Shown one piece after another: positions 26,105 to 37,833 of a stretch of DNA of 64,000 bases; positions within the stretch are counted from its first letter, which is position 1, and every line of letters begins with the position of its first letter. The stretch comes from Octopus sinensis (taxonomy: Eukaryota). Below the pieces are notes generated by a model that worked only from the letters and a program-made list of their open reading frames with translations, ran no database searches and was not told the DNA's origin. The translations under genes were made by a program, and so were the position numbers. The DNA lies in NCBI RefSeq assembly GCF_006345805.1, contig NC_043002.1, positions 21,514,001-21,578,000 on the forward strand, written 5' to 3'.

Positions 26105-26440
26105 GGTATGGTTAAATACAGATCTAGGACTTTTCATCTAAAACACTTTGGTCTAATGCACTATAGTCTGAAGAACTTTGATCTAAAGTGACTTTTGTAT
26201 AAATACACTATAGTCTAAAGAGATTTTTGTCTAAATGCCCTTTAGTATAAAGATATTTTTGTCTAAACTCACTTTGGTCTAATAACTATTTTGTCTATAG
26301 AATCTGAGAAAATAATTTAAAAGATCTAAATAACTATACTTTGATAATCCTTTTTGTCTTTAGACAAAAATACTTAGATGAAAGTGTCTTAGACTACAGT
26401 GGTTTAGACCAATGTGTTTTACACCAAAGTGCCATTTACC
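26105..26440. mobile_element. Foldback-like element with modular ~15-bp subrepeats in inverted arms
   Basis: Left arm repeats cactttggtctaa/tttttgtctaaa; right arm repeats the reverse complement ttagaccaa/ttagactacagtg/accaaagtg, ending gccatttacc. Confidence 0.6.
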
Positions 26441-26654
26441 TTATATATACATACATACATACGCATGTTCGTATGTACAAACTACTGAATGGCCTTTGAT
26501 TCTTTTGGGTTCTTCCAAGTTTTGACTGATTTACTGGTCTTGCTTTTCATCGTTCAGAATGTCTCGACATGATCAGGCATCAGGTTGTACTGGTTACATG
26601 TTACTATTAAGAGTCACACATGACCTAACAATATATACAAAATATGTGTGTATG

Positions 26655-26870
26655 AGGTGGCAAGCTGGCAGAAATGTTAGCATGCCAGGCATAATGCTTA
26701 GCAGTATTTTGTCTGTCTTTATGTTCTGAGTTCAAATTCCGCCGAGGTCGACTTTGCCTTTCATCCTTTCAGGGTTGATAAATTAAGTACCAGTTGCATA
26801 CTGGGATCAATCTAATCAACTGGTCCCCCTCCCCAAAAATTTCAGACCTTGTGTCTGGAGTAGAAAAGAA
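26655..26870 (+). mobile_element. SINE family C (alternative tail) with TSD
   Basis: Core gtcgactttgcctttcatcctttc; tail ccccctccccaaaaatttcagaccttgtg; TSD aatatgtgtgtatga. Confidence 0.85.
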
Positions 26871-27055
26871 TATGTGTGTGTATGAATGGGTGGATGGATG
26901 GATAGATAGATAGAAAGACAGACAGGTTGGTAGGTGGATTGATAGAGATGGCTAAGCAAGTATCATAAAACTCAGTAAACTTTTGATAGAATAAATGTAT
27001 CTATCCATTCTATATAACATATTGAGTTCTATATCAGATAACGTCTGCACTATCT

Positions 27056-27314
27056 TTTATTCTTTACTTGTTCCAGTCATTGGACTGCAGCCATACTGGA
27101 AGTGTTTAGCTGAGCAAATTGACCCCTGTACTTTTTGTTTCTTTAAGTCTGGTACATTTTCTATTGGCCCCTTTTGCCAAACTGCTAAGTTACAGTAACA
27201 TAAACAAGCACAAAAGCACCTGCACACACACACACATACACACACACACAAATACACATGCACAAACACAAACACAGACACACACACAAACACACACACA
27301 AACACACACACACA

Positions 27315-27398
<84 letters not shown>

Positions 27399-27556
27399 GG
27401 ACTTCCACACAGTTTGCACTTACTAAATTCATTCGCAAGGTATTGGGTGGCCCAGAGCTGTAGTAGAAGACACTTGCCCAGGGTACTGTGTCGTGGGACC
27501 GAACCTGAAACCATATGGTTGCAAAGTAATCTTCCGAACTACATAGCTATGCCTGT
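27056..27556 (-). mobile_element. SINE family B with expanded (CA)n hinge
   Basis: Tail ctttacttgttccagtcattggactg, ~170-bp CA tract, head cacttgcccaggg..gaacctgaaaccatatgg. Confidence 0.75.
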
Positions 27557-27604
27557 TCCTATATATTTAAAATACATTAGAAAACATATATCTTAATATA
27601 CTGT

Positions 27605-28215
27605 ACAACCCTTACTGGATGGTTATGAGATGTGGGCTTTGAATGCAGAAGAACCACAGAAGGTAGAAAGAAATGAATTAACTCTTTACTATTCAGATTT
27701 TTCTGAGAAATGTAAAGCTTAATTTATTCACATCATTTTGAATTAATTAGGCATTGTTTTGTAACTTTCGGAGTTCAGTAATGTGATTGTTGCATTTTTA
27801 AAATGACATTGTCGGGTAGGTGGGAAAGATCAGCTCTGGCTGGCTTGAACATAAAAGAGATAAAACATTTGGGCCGGATGTGGCCGGTTTGAATGCTAAA
27901 GGGTTAAGCACGCTCTGATGGGTGTGTAAAGTATCTGTGCATGAACACTAGAGTACAAATGAACTGAGAGAAAAACTGGGTTGAAAGAGAATCAAATGTA
28001 GGGTGCAAGAGAGAAGGTTGCATTGGTTTGGACATGGGGCGCATATGGAGGATGAGTGCTTTGTGTCCGAATGTAGTGAGGCCCATGGAAGAGAGAAACT
28101 GAAGAAAACATGGAGCGAAGTGATAAAGGCTGACTTGATGCAGATTCTGATACAGGAGAGGACAAAGAGCTATAACGATATGATCATATGCAATACAGTA
28201 AGAAGACCTGGCCAT
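27605..28215 (+). mobile_element. RTE LINE C-terminal RT relic, interrupted by a piggyBac MITE
   Basis: LLDGYEMWALNAEEPQKVERNE | LSTL*WVCKVSV..ELREKLG..VQERRLHWFGHGAHMED..KKTWSEVIKADL. Confidence 0.8.
27682..27903. mobile_element. piggyBac-type MITE
   Basis: TTAA TSD both sides; termini ctctttactatt...aatgctaaaggg; homologous to 54071-54294. Confidence 0.8.
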
Positions 28216-28336
28216 CGGTGTTGAAATATGTTTTGAAATCATGGTAGCGATCTCATTATGCATATGTATGTATATGTATACATAAATGTGTGTGCAATTA
28301 TACACAGTTTCTCTGTCCACTCAACATCTTATTCTC

Positions 28337-29839
28337 TGTGTGTTCTGTATATGGTTAAGTCTGCATACGAAAAGAAAAAGAAAAACTACTCAATAGAAAA
28401 ACTATTTGTCATAATGCTGAGATTAGTATCTGCTTACTGATCTTTGCTGAATTATATGTATAACTCTGAGTAGTAACAGAGCAATCACATCTTTCTTTCA
28501 ATAATTCTCTCCGGACCCACACTCATCTGTTTTCTATTCTCCCTTCCTCCACATGTTTTACCTATATTTACTTTTATAATAGGAGTTAATTCTGGAACCC
28601 CTGTACACAACTAACCTTGTCACCCTTACCACTTTAGTCTTGGACATTGCAAGGTGAACTCACTAGTGCTGGTGCCATGGAAAAAGTACCCAATACAGTC
28701 TAATAGCTGACTGGCATTAAGAAGGGCTTCCAGCCATTGAAACCATACCAAAATAATATGTGATCATGATATGGTTCCCAGATGTGTTGGATTCTGCAGA
28801 AATATCAAACTCATGTTAGCATTAGAAAGTGGACATTAAATGATGATGATAATATATATGTGTGTATGTGTGTAGGTTAAGCCTTTTACAAAGTATTTCC
28901 CTCTTCACCATAAGTTCTACAAAATGCCTAACAGAAATTCCATAGCTGTCTTTTTTCTGCTTCAGCTAATTCTGCCCACTCTTTGTCATCTAACTTGAAT
29001 GGCATCAAACTTAACACCCCTTCTTCACACACAAACTCACAAGTGCAGCTACCCGACTGAATGCCTAGTGGACCATAAATGTACTTCTGAAGGGATTACC
29101 ATAAAGATTGTCACAGTTGCTAACCAATACATCGGTTTGATTTCAAATTTATTCAAATGATATTATTCAAATCAACATCTTTACACTTTACATCATCAAA
29201 CATGAATCGCAGACAAAAGTTTGTCCCCATTTATCTGGAATCTTAAATCTAATTAGTCAAACTATAATATCAAATAGAGATTTCTGTTTTGCTAAGCCTT
29301 ATAAGTATTCCATTGGACTGTGTAAGCTTTTCATTTCTGACAACTTGCAATGTTGCTTCCAAGTCTTTCTCTTCTTAACCAACATTCAGACTTTATGTCT
29401 TCATGTGTCCATAAACAATTCAGAGCTCTTAGATATTTTAAACAATTTTTCAGACCAAATAGATGAAAGTACTCAATGAGAATGAGTTCTTCCAATGAAT
29501 AAAAGTATTTTATATGCATAACAATTTGAACATACGAAAACTACACTGTCCAACTGATTTCTTCAACCATTGTTGGTCTCTGGAGAAGAAGTGTTCAATG
29601 TAAACATAGGGTGCAATAGTTTGTTTAGACCAGTTCAGAGTAATAAACGACTGGACTGGTTTAAATAAAGTATCTGTTTGACCGTGTGTGTGTTCTGTAT
29701 ATGGTTAAGTCTTCATACGAAAGGAAAAACAAAAACTACTCAACAGGAAAACTATTTGTCATAATGCTGAGATTAGGCTCTGTTTACTGATCTTTGCTGA
29801 ATTATATGTATAACTCTGAGTAGTAACAGAGCAATCACA
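28337..29839 (-). mobile_element. Non-autonomous or deleted LTR retroelement (TRIM-like) with 153-bp LTR pair
   Basis: Direct repeats 28337-28489 and 29687-29839, TG...CA, 8 mismatches by eye; purine tract (tctttctttc on +) abuts the left copy. Confidence 0.65.
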
Positions 29840-30803
29840 GCTCTACTAATATATATATATATATGTATATATATATACACACACACACACGTGCTCATGT
29901 GTGAGTAGGCTATGCGTACATGTAATGTATGTTTGTACACACACACACACATATATATATTTGTGTGTGTGTGTTGTGTGTGTGTGTAAATGATTGTGAA
30001 TGTCAGAATCAATATAGTGTCTGACAAAGTAGGTTGATGAAATAAGTACCTGTCAGGTAGTAGTTGATCTTATTAGTATCAGTAGTTTTCACATTTCGTC
30101 ATCACTGAAGTGAAATGCTTAATTCTCATCCATTCTGATAAAATAGTAAATATGGTGGCAGTAATGGTGTTAGTGGCTGGCAGGGTGGTGGTGGTATTGC
30201 TGCTAATGTTGATATTGACAGTGGTTCTGATGTTGTTTAGTGTTTGTATTGGAGTTGTTGATGATGGTGTTTTTTGTCTTGTGGAGATCTGTGTTATTGA
30301 TCAACCCCCACACCAGATCTGTTCTGATTAAGTAAAAAAGCCTATGACCATTCACTATGTTATTCAGGTATGGTATTTCCTGGGTTGAATTATCCGCCAT
30401 GTCCTTTGTTTCTTTTTTAAAAAATCACATGTGATTTGAAACAAACATTTGCTGACATTCCTAGCAGGTCAAACTGCCATGTAGAGGTTACTTCTTTGGC
30501 TTGTGATTCCCTTGTTGTCTCTCAGCATTCATTCATTTGATGCTAGATTCTTTTTACTTTAGTGAGATAGATCAGTGTTATCTTTACTAGTTTCAGCTCA
30601 AGAGGTGTGGCCATGTTTGGGCACCACTGTTATAACAAATGCATTGGCTGCTTGGAAGGCAACCCATGCTATCAGTTATTCAAAATTTCTATCTTGTACT
30701 TGACTTGACTTGACTTCAATTTTCCCAAAAACGCATGTATCTATTGTGAACAGACAGTTTTGTATATAGCACATGTGTGTATGCATATATATACATACAC
30801 ACA

Positions 30804-32061
30804 TAAATTGTCACCATTTTATATTTTTAATTTTCACATGCACATTAGTTTTGATTTCGTTGACTACACAGTAGTAAGGGCTGCTGGACATTCTCTCTGA
30901 GAAAAACAGCACCATAAAACAATTTACTGCGCCAGAAATTTGGAAATGAAATGCTCTACTGCTTGGCATTTGTGCCAGAAGCCCCAATACAAACATTTCA
31001 GAGTGTTTGGATGTCAATCTGAGGACAATGCAGAAGATTTGGAAAGAGTTGGATGAGTCTAATGGTGATTAAAAAGGTATGGCAGCTTGGAAAACTCATT
31101 CTGATGAAAAAAGAACTCTTGAATTTGTTGGTGAGATCCAGGCCATGATTGACAACAATCCTTCCAAGTCAATCAGGTCCGTTGCGAGGGACATGAGAAT
31201 GTCTGAGTTCCTTATCAGGCAGGTAGTGCTTGATGACATCCAGTATTCCTCATACAAGATGAGAAAGGGCTAATTTTTATCCTAAACCATCAAGGACAAG
31301 TGGAAAGACTGTGCTATGAAGCTTTTGAACAAACTCAAGCATATCCTCCAAACGAACATGGTTTGGTTCTTTTCAGACGAGAAAAATTTTCTCTCAGGGT
31401 CAGATGGTGAACACATAGAACAAACGTTGGCTTGCTGTCTCCCTAAAACATGTACTGAGAGTGATAAAAATCAAACATCCAGTCAAAATTATGGTGTTTG
31501 GAGTGATCACTCATGATGGTGACATTATGCCTCCATTCATCTTCCCACACATCTTTAGACTCAGCATAGAGACCTACATCAAGTGCCTGGAGGAGGTAGT
31601 GCTGCCCTAGGTCAAGTGGGTGGCTGCTGAAAGACCCTATGTCTGGCAACAGCACTCTGCACCATGCCACACAAGCAGGGGGACCCAGTCATAGCTGTCA
31701 GACAATTTCTGTGACTACATCACCCCTAACATCTGGCCACCCAACTCCCCAGACTTGCAACCCCACTTGATTATTATATGTTGAGTGCATTTGAGTCAGC
31801 GATCAACAAAACTTGTAATACCAAAGATGAACTGAAGGCAAGTATTATGACAGCATTCACCAACTTAAACAAGGTGACCATACAGAAAAGTTGCACATGG
31901 AGACCATGGTTGAAGCCAATGGCAATACTCTTGAATAAACTTACCCTTTAGTATTTCAAGATATTTTTATTTAATTTTGGGAAATATATCTGTTAAAATG
32001 AGATGCTAGTGCGATTTTTATTTTTGAGTAATTTAGATGACAGTTTATTCACCGCACCCTG
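30804..32061 (+). mobile_element. Near full-length Tc1/mariner (maT/DD37D-like) transposon, pseudogenised
   Basis: NPSKSIRSVARDM, WFFSDEKNF, IMVFGVITHDGDIMPPFIF, YVWQQHSAPCHTS, IWPPNSPD-(fs)-NPLDYY; right terminus ..attcaccgcaccctg|ta; left TIR eroded (ataaattgtca). Confidence 0.9.
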
Positions 32062-33889
32062 TATATATAATGGTGATGACACACATGCACACACACACAC
32101 GGTGTCCATAGATAACCATTACAATTTGAAAAATCCAGTAAAAAATTTAAAATAAGGATAACTTCGTAAAACAAGGTTTTAATAGAAACATCTAGCCGTA
32201 GAAAAAAATAATGTTGGTTTCTGATTTAGGCAAACATTCGGAGTTTTTAAGAAATTTGGTTAGATCATATCATCAATTCCAGATGAAAGGCAGAACTTGA
32301 CATTGGTGGGATCTGGAAATGCAAAAGTGTAATAAAATTTGAACAACAACAACAACAATAATAATAATAATCACAACAACAACTTTTATGTCCTGTGACT
32401 TGATTGTGAAGGAAATATAAATTCAATGTATAAAGTTAGTGGGGTTCTATGCAAAATTGGTTATGAAAAAATAAAAAACGAAATAGGCATGGCATACAAA
32501 TATATATAAAATATATGAAAGATAATGTTTCAATGAGCAGACAGCCACCTTGGGGCTGATCAAGGAACCCTACAGATCCAGGATTACTCAAACTAGTAAG
32601 ATCAAGTGCCCTCAATTATAGAAATAAATTTAACAAAGCCAAACAAAATAACAACATAAATGAATAAAAAAAACAAATATAATATAAATAGTAAAAAAGG
32701 ATTATTTGCACTAAAGAAGTTAATCTGACTAGATCCCTGCAATTAGTGTATAAGAGAAACAATGCAGTGATCCTGTACCCCCACCCCAAAGCAGGTGACG
32801 TCATTAACATGCTAAATCTATTATGGATTAACTGCAATTTACACCATCTGTTTAGCGGGTATAAAGAGTTGGGACTTAACGACTCACAAATCTTGCGTTC
32901 AAATTTACCATTAACCTTTCGTTGCGAACTTGAGCAAAACATTTTTGACCTACTTCGTCTCAGTTCAGCCTACCTCTTGGGTACAAGCACTAAGCCGTTG
33001 GTTATTTGGCAGTAGTGACGGTGAAGGTGGTGGGATGTTGGTCGTGGTGGCAAGGGTGATGTAGGTGATGGTGGAAGCTGTTGTGATGGTGGTGGTGTTG
33101 GTGATGGGTTTAAATATTTTATTTTAAAACTTATGAAGAAAGAGTTCATGATTCCCAGTGTTGCGTCATAATGTATTGTAAAATTGACTAGAAATTGCAA
33201 ATCTGATAATTGGAAATGAAGCAGTTTTATAAGATGTTATAAATACCAAATGGAGACAGACTGACTGACCGGCTGTCGGCACTTAAACCATCCATTTATT
33301 GCTTAGCCAGACAATTGTATTATTGATTACATTACAGTTGCTCAGGTAAGCAATTGTTAGTAAAGTAGATGGTGTACTATAGAAATTTTAGAAATTTTAA
33401 TAAATTAAATGATGATTTGCATGTCTATTCTTTATATGTTCTGGCAGATTCAAACACTAACATGCTAGTTGCTGTTGTATATGTCACAGGAGAATGACTT
33501 CTCCCCTTTTACAATGACAATGTGTTCATAATGTGCTTGGCTCATTGATGCAAAGGAATCTGGGATGCTGGTGTTTTGACCTATGTTTTATCAGCTGGAA
33601 GTACATGGATCTTTGAGCCTAAACAAGCTAGTAGCTTTGTTTATTGTTTCAGCCAACAAACCATTTTTTTCTGATCAGTGCTGATATCTGCCAACCAATG
33701 AAACAACAATTAGTTGCAATATGATCTGAAGGTTGTGAAATAAATCAAAATTTCACTTGTAGTGATGAAAAAGAGAAAAAAATTTTTTTGATTAATTATG
33801 GTTAAGACAGTCAAGGGAGATAACTCTGGAGTTTAAATTAAATAAAAATACAATGTGTGCATTAAGTGGGTGAATGAATCTGATCTTTT

Positions 33890-34140
33890 GTAGTGTGATG
33901 ATAACTGGACATGTCTTGGTATTAGATCTCAGCAGTGAAATGAGAAATAGGTGTGTTGATGTGTATCATATTGAGAAAGAATTAAAGAGTGAGGGGTGGG
34001 CAGGAAGGACAGAAGGAAAAGGACAACTGGTAGTACTAGAAAGGATTATAGTCAGATATATAGAGGACAGGTTACTAGTAAGATGGTACTTCAGTATTGG
34101 TGGCTCCAGTACCATTCCTCATTACAAAGATGTCATGGCA
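33890..34140 (+). mobile_element. Possible highly degenerate LINE AP-endonuclease fragment
   Basis: MRNRCVDVYHIEKELKSEGWAGRTEGKG weakly resembles RTE endonuclease LxRRxVDVCCIQEVRWxG..ARxLxGK. Confidence 0.25.
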
Positions 34141-34499
34141 CATTGAGATATACATGCATGTGTGTGTGTGTACCTGTGTTTATCCCCCCCCCCACCAACA
34201 TCACTTTACAACTGATGCTGGTGTGTTTAAGTCCCTGTAACTTAGCAGTTCGACAAAAGAGGCTGATAAAATAAGCACTAGGCTTACAGAGAATAAGTCC
34301 TGGAGTCAATTTGCTTGACTAAAAGGCAGTGCTCCAGCATGACCACAGTCAAATGACAGAAGCAAGTAAAGGAATAAAAGAACATGTCTCAATAAACCCC
34401 TATTATCCCTGAAATTTGCTTTTTATATTTACTATGGTTTGCTTGAAGCAAACTTTCTTCCTACACCTTGATCTTTTGATCTTATATATATATATCAGC

Positions 34500-34602
34500 G
34501 TCTCTGTGGGGCAATCGGTTAGCACATTCGGCTGTTAACCAAAAGGTTGGTGGTTCAACAGTGGTGGTGCCCCAGTATGGCTGCAGCCTTCGGGCTGAAA
34601 CA
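34500..34602 (+). pseudogene. 3'-truncated tRNA-Asn(GTT) copy fused to a retroposon 3' tail
   Basis: gtctctgtggggcaatcggttagcacattcggctgttaaccaaaaggttggtggttcaa matches the first ~59 nt of metazoan tRNA-Asn; followed by gtggtgccccagtatggctgcagccttcgggctgaaaca. Confidence 0.85.
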
Positions 34603-34621
34603 TTTTTAAGGATTTTAAGGT

Positions 34622-34793
34622 AGGCGCAGAAGTGGCTGTGTGGTAAGTAGCTTGTTTACCAACCACATGGTTCCGGGTTCAGTCCCACTGTGTGGCACCT
34701 TGGGCAAGTGTCTTCTTCTATAGCCTCGGGCTGACCAAAGCCTTGTGAGTGGATTTGGTAGACGGAAACTGAAAGAAGCCCGTCGTATATATG

Positions 34794-34824
<31 letters not shown>

Positions 34825-34943
34825 TTGTGTGTCTGTGTTTGTCCCCCTAACATTGCTTGACAACCGATGCTGGTGTGTTTATGTCCCCGTTACTTAGCAG
34901 TTTGACAAAAAGAGACTGATAGAATAAGTACTGGGCTTACAAA
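34622..34943 (+). mobile_element. SINE family B, 3'-truncated
   Basis: aggcgcagaagtggctgtgtggtaagtagc...gatagaataagtactgggcttaca. Confidence 0.9.
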
Positions 34944-35697
34944 CTTATTAGGGCAATATTCACAGCTGGATGCCCTTCTTGTAGTCAAGCCTTACATTTC
35001 AAAGAAGGGAATACATATTTCATTGGTATTCACAAATGCAAAGATATAGGAAATTTCCATAGGAATATAAACAAGACATCACTGTTTATATATTCTTTAC
35101 TCTTTTACTTGTTTCAGTCATTTGACTGTGGCCATGCTAGAGCACCGCCTTTAATCGAGCAACTCGACCCCAGGACTAACTTGGAAAAGCAGATATACAA
35201 TAAATAAAAGATGAATATACGTCTGTGTGTGTGTGTGTGTGTTTGGTATAATGGGAAACACATGACACAGTACACATCATACTGCTAATTGTTTAATAAT
35301 AGTATTAACTAATTACAAATTAATCTTAGATTTAAATCAGTTAACAAAAGCATTAAGAAACCAAAAAGGTAAATTAGTAAAATACAAGGAAAGAACAAAT
35401 GTAAGAGAAAAAGGGAAAGAAAGAAGGGGGAAACGGCCTTTAATCTTTGCACTTTGTAGTGAGGAATGTGAAGTAGCTTAGTGAGATTAAAGAGTTAAAC
35501 AATACTCATCACCACCATCACTACCACTCTCTCTCTCACCACTCATTTAAGTTTTTCATTTATATACACATCTGTAGTGTGTGCAAGTATATACATATAT
35601 ACTTGCCATGATATATATACATATATGCTTGCCAGTCACCATGATAGATTGTTAGCCACTACACACATTTTTCTCTCTCCTTGTTTCTCCTGTGTCC

Positions 35698-35735
35698 CTT
35701 TCTGTAGAAGAGCGTAGGCTCGAAACGTAAAAGAC
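35698..35735 (+). ncRNA. Minimal type I hammerhead-like motif (A6U variant) in a Penelope-like tail (~35625-35822)
   Basis: CUUU-CUGUAGA-A-GAGC(GUAG)GCUC-GAAAC-GUA-AAAG: stem I 4 bp, stem II 4 bp, palindromic ACGU stem III. Confidence 0.6.
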
Positions 35736-35847
35736 TTTTTCTATTCCTGAGCGTTATACTAATACATCTGTTTGCTTTGTACACCACCTGTCTTCATCTT
35801 TTTTTTTGTAAACTCTCCCTGTATACATATATATGTGTGATGCTTGA

Positions 35848-36145
35848 GGGTATGCAGCTTAGTGGTTAGGGTGTTGCACTCCTGATTGCCAGATTGTAGT
35901 TTCAATTTCTGGAGCAGACAGTGCATTGTGTTCTGGAGCAAAACACTTCACCTCCTGTTGCTCTGCAATCTCTTTGATAGCTGGTGTGTGTGGCATACCG
36001 CAAACCCGTACATGCAATGTTGATTTGATTGAGGGCATGTTCTAAGCTGCAGCACAAGCATTTGTTTATTATAAACAAACCTTCTGTGCTGGTTGTTTAG
36101 CAAGAACTTTCAGAACTCTCATCTGTTGTCCTTGACTGGGAAGTT
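35848..36145 (+). mobile_element. tRNA-headed CORE-type SINE family D, degenerate
   Basis: gcagcttagtggttagggtgttgcactcctgattgccagattgtagtttcaatttc..gcattgtgttctggagcaaaacacttcac. Confidence 0.65.
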
Positions 36146-36759
36146 CATTGTGTGTGTGTGTATGTGTGTGTGAGTTTGTTTTTTGCTACCTCATATTCAT
36201 TTTATATTATAAAACAACAATAACATATAAACATATAGGAAGCGAGGCACGTTGGCTGAGTTGTTAGAGTGTTGGATAAAGCACTTCATGGTATTTCTGC
36301 TGACTCTTAGTACTTTAAGTTCAACTCTCACCAAAGTCAATTTTGCTTTTCATGCTCTCAGTGTTCATAAAAGAGTACCAATGCAAGGCAGTGAGTAATG
36401 GCAATTGTTAGAACATGTGGTATTTGTTCCAGCATTTATACTCTGAGCTAAAATCCCATTGTGGATGGATGTGTCACTCATTTTAACATCACCACTAGAC
36501 TCTTTAGGTGCCTTCAACAGAGTCCATTCTGAAATACACTTGTTCCTGATATCGTACTACCAAGTGTGGGATTGAACCCCAGCCTTCATGATTATAAAAC
36601 AAGCTCCTTAACTAATCAGCTATGCTGATTCATGTATGTATGCGTTTGTGTATATTGTCAGCAGTTCATGACTGTTTTGCCATACTGGGGTTCTCTTCCT
36701 TCTCTGAGTCATTAAGAAAAAAGAAACCTGAAAAGCTAACATTGTCAATGTGTCTATAT

Positions 36760-36981
36760 TGTGGCAGAATCGTTAGCACGATGGGCGAAATGCTTAGCAG
36801 TATTTCATCTGCCACTACATTCTGAGTTCAAATTCCGCCGAGATTGACTTTGCCTTTCATCCTTTCGGGGTCGATTAAATAAGTACCAGTTATGCACTGG
36901 GGTTGATATAATCAACTCAATCCGTTTGTCTGTCCTTGTTTGTCCCTTCTGTGTTTAGCCCCTTGTGGGTAGTAAAGAAAT
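36760..36981 (+). mobile_element. SINE family C with TSD
   Basis: Core and tail match 14460; TSD tatattgtg. Confidence 0.85.
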
Positions 36982-37474
36982 ATATATTGTGTCTGCAACA
37001 GTATTACAAACTATTATTATAGTGCAGTTATAGAATAATAAGATGGTGGTGAACGATTTTTTTTTTTTATGGTGGGTATGTAATAACTTTTTTAAAATTA
37101 TCTTGAATCTGATGATGTTATTGTTGATACTATTTGGCCTCTGGTCAATCCTGATTGAGCAAACCTATGAGTGGAAGTTTTCTCGTAGTGACTTTCATGC
37201 TTCTTTTGTGTTTGTTTCTATATCTGGGTCTGGAACTACATTGCCCACCATGTACTTTTTATGTGTTAGGGTGTGATTTGAAGGAATTTTGTTGCATTTA
37301 TGTTGTGACAAATACATAGGAATAACCATCATTTATATAAAGATTATCTGGGCCCTTCATTCTTATGATTATCTGGGCCCTTCATTCTTATGACTACATG
37401 TGCTCTCTCTCTCTCTCTGTCACTCCCTCTCTCTCACTCTCTCTCTGTCTCTCTCACTTCAACATCACTACACA

Positions 37475-37833
37475 ATCCATTGTTCACTTTCAATGTTCAT
37501 GTTGCCACCACTTTCACAAAGAACCTTACAGAAAGCTTTCTCCAGATCAGCAACCACAAGAAACAAATTCTCTCTCTTAACCCTCTACTTCTTTCTATAA
37601 TCACCTTATATAAAAGCTACATCAGTCATTCCTGGCGTAAATCCAAAATATCTTTCATTGATTTTCGTTTTCTTCTCTGTCCTGTTCTCTGACATTATTT
37701 CCAATACCTTCATTCCATGCTTCAGTAATTTAATTGCTGTAACTGAACCACAGCCCAGGGATCACTTTTCCCTTGCACAGAGGAACGAGAGTATTCAATA
37801 ACCAATCTGCTGGGATATGATTCTCTCTCACCC
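37475..37833 (-). mobile_element. RTE LINE reverse-transcriptase N-terminal relic
   Basis: Minus strand: HIPADWLLNTLVPLCKGK..TAIKLLKHGMKVLE..INERYFGFTPGMTDVAFI..NLFLVVADLEKAFCKV (RT domains 0-3, with frameshifts). Confidence 0.85.

Noticed and set aside
32098-32200. Possible additional Tc1/mariner terminus (cacggtgtccatagataacc)
   Set aside because: No partner TIR or transposase sequence found nearby
34500-34572. Functional tRNA-Asn gene
   Set aside because: 3' T-stem and acceptor strand are missing, and CpG-type mutations disrupt the stems
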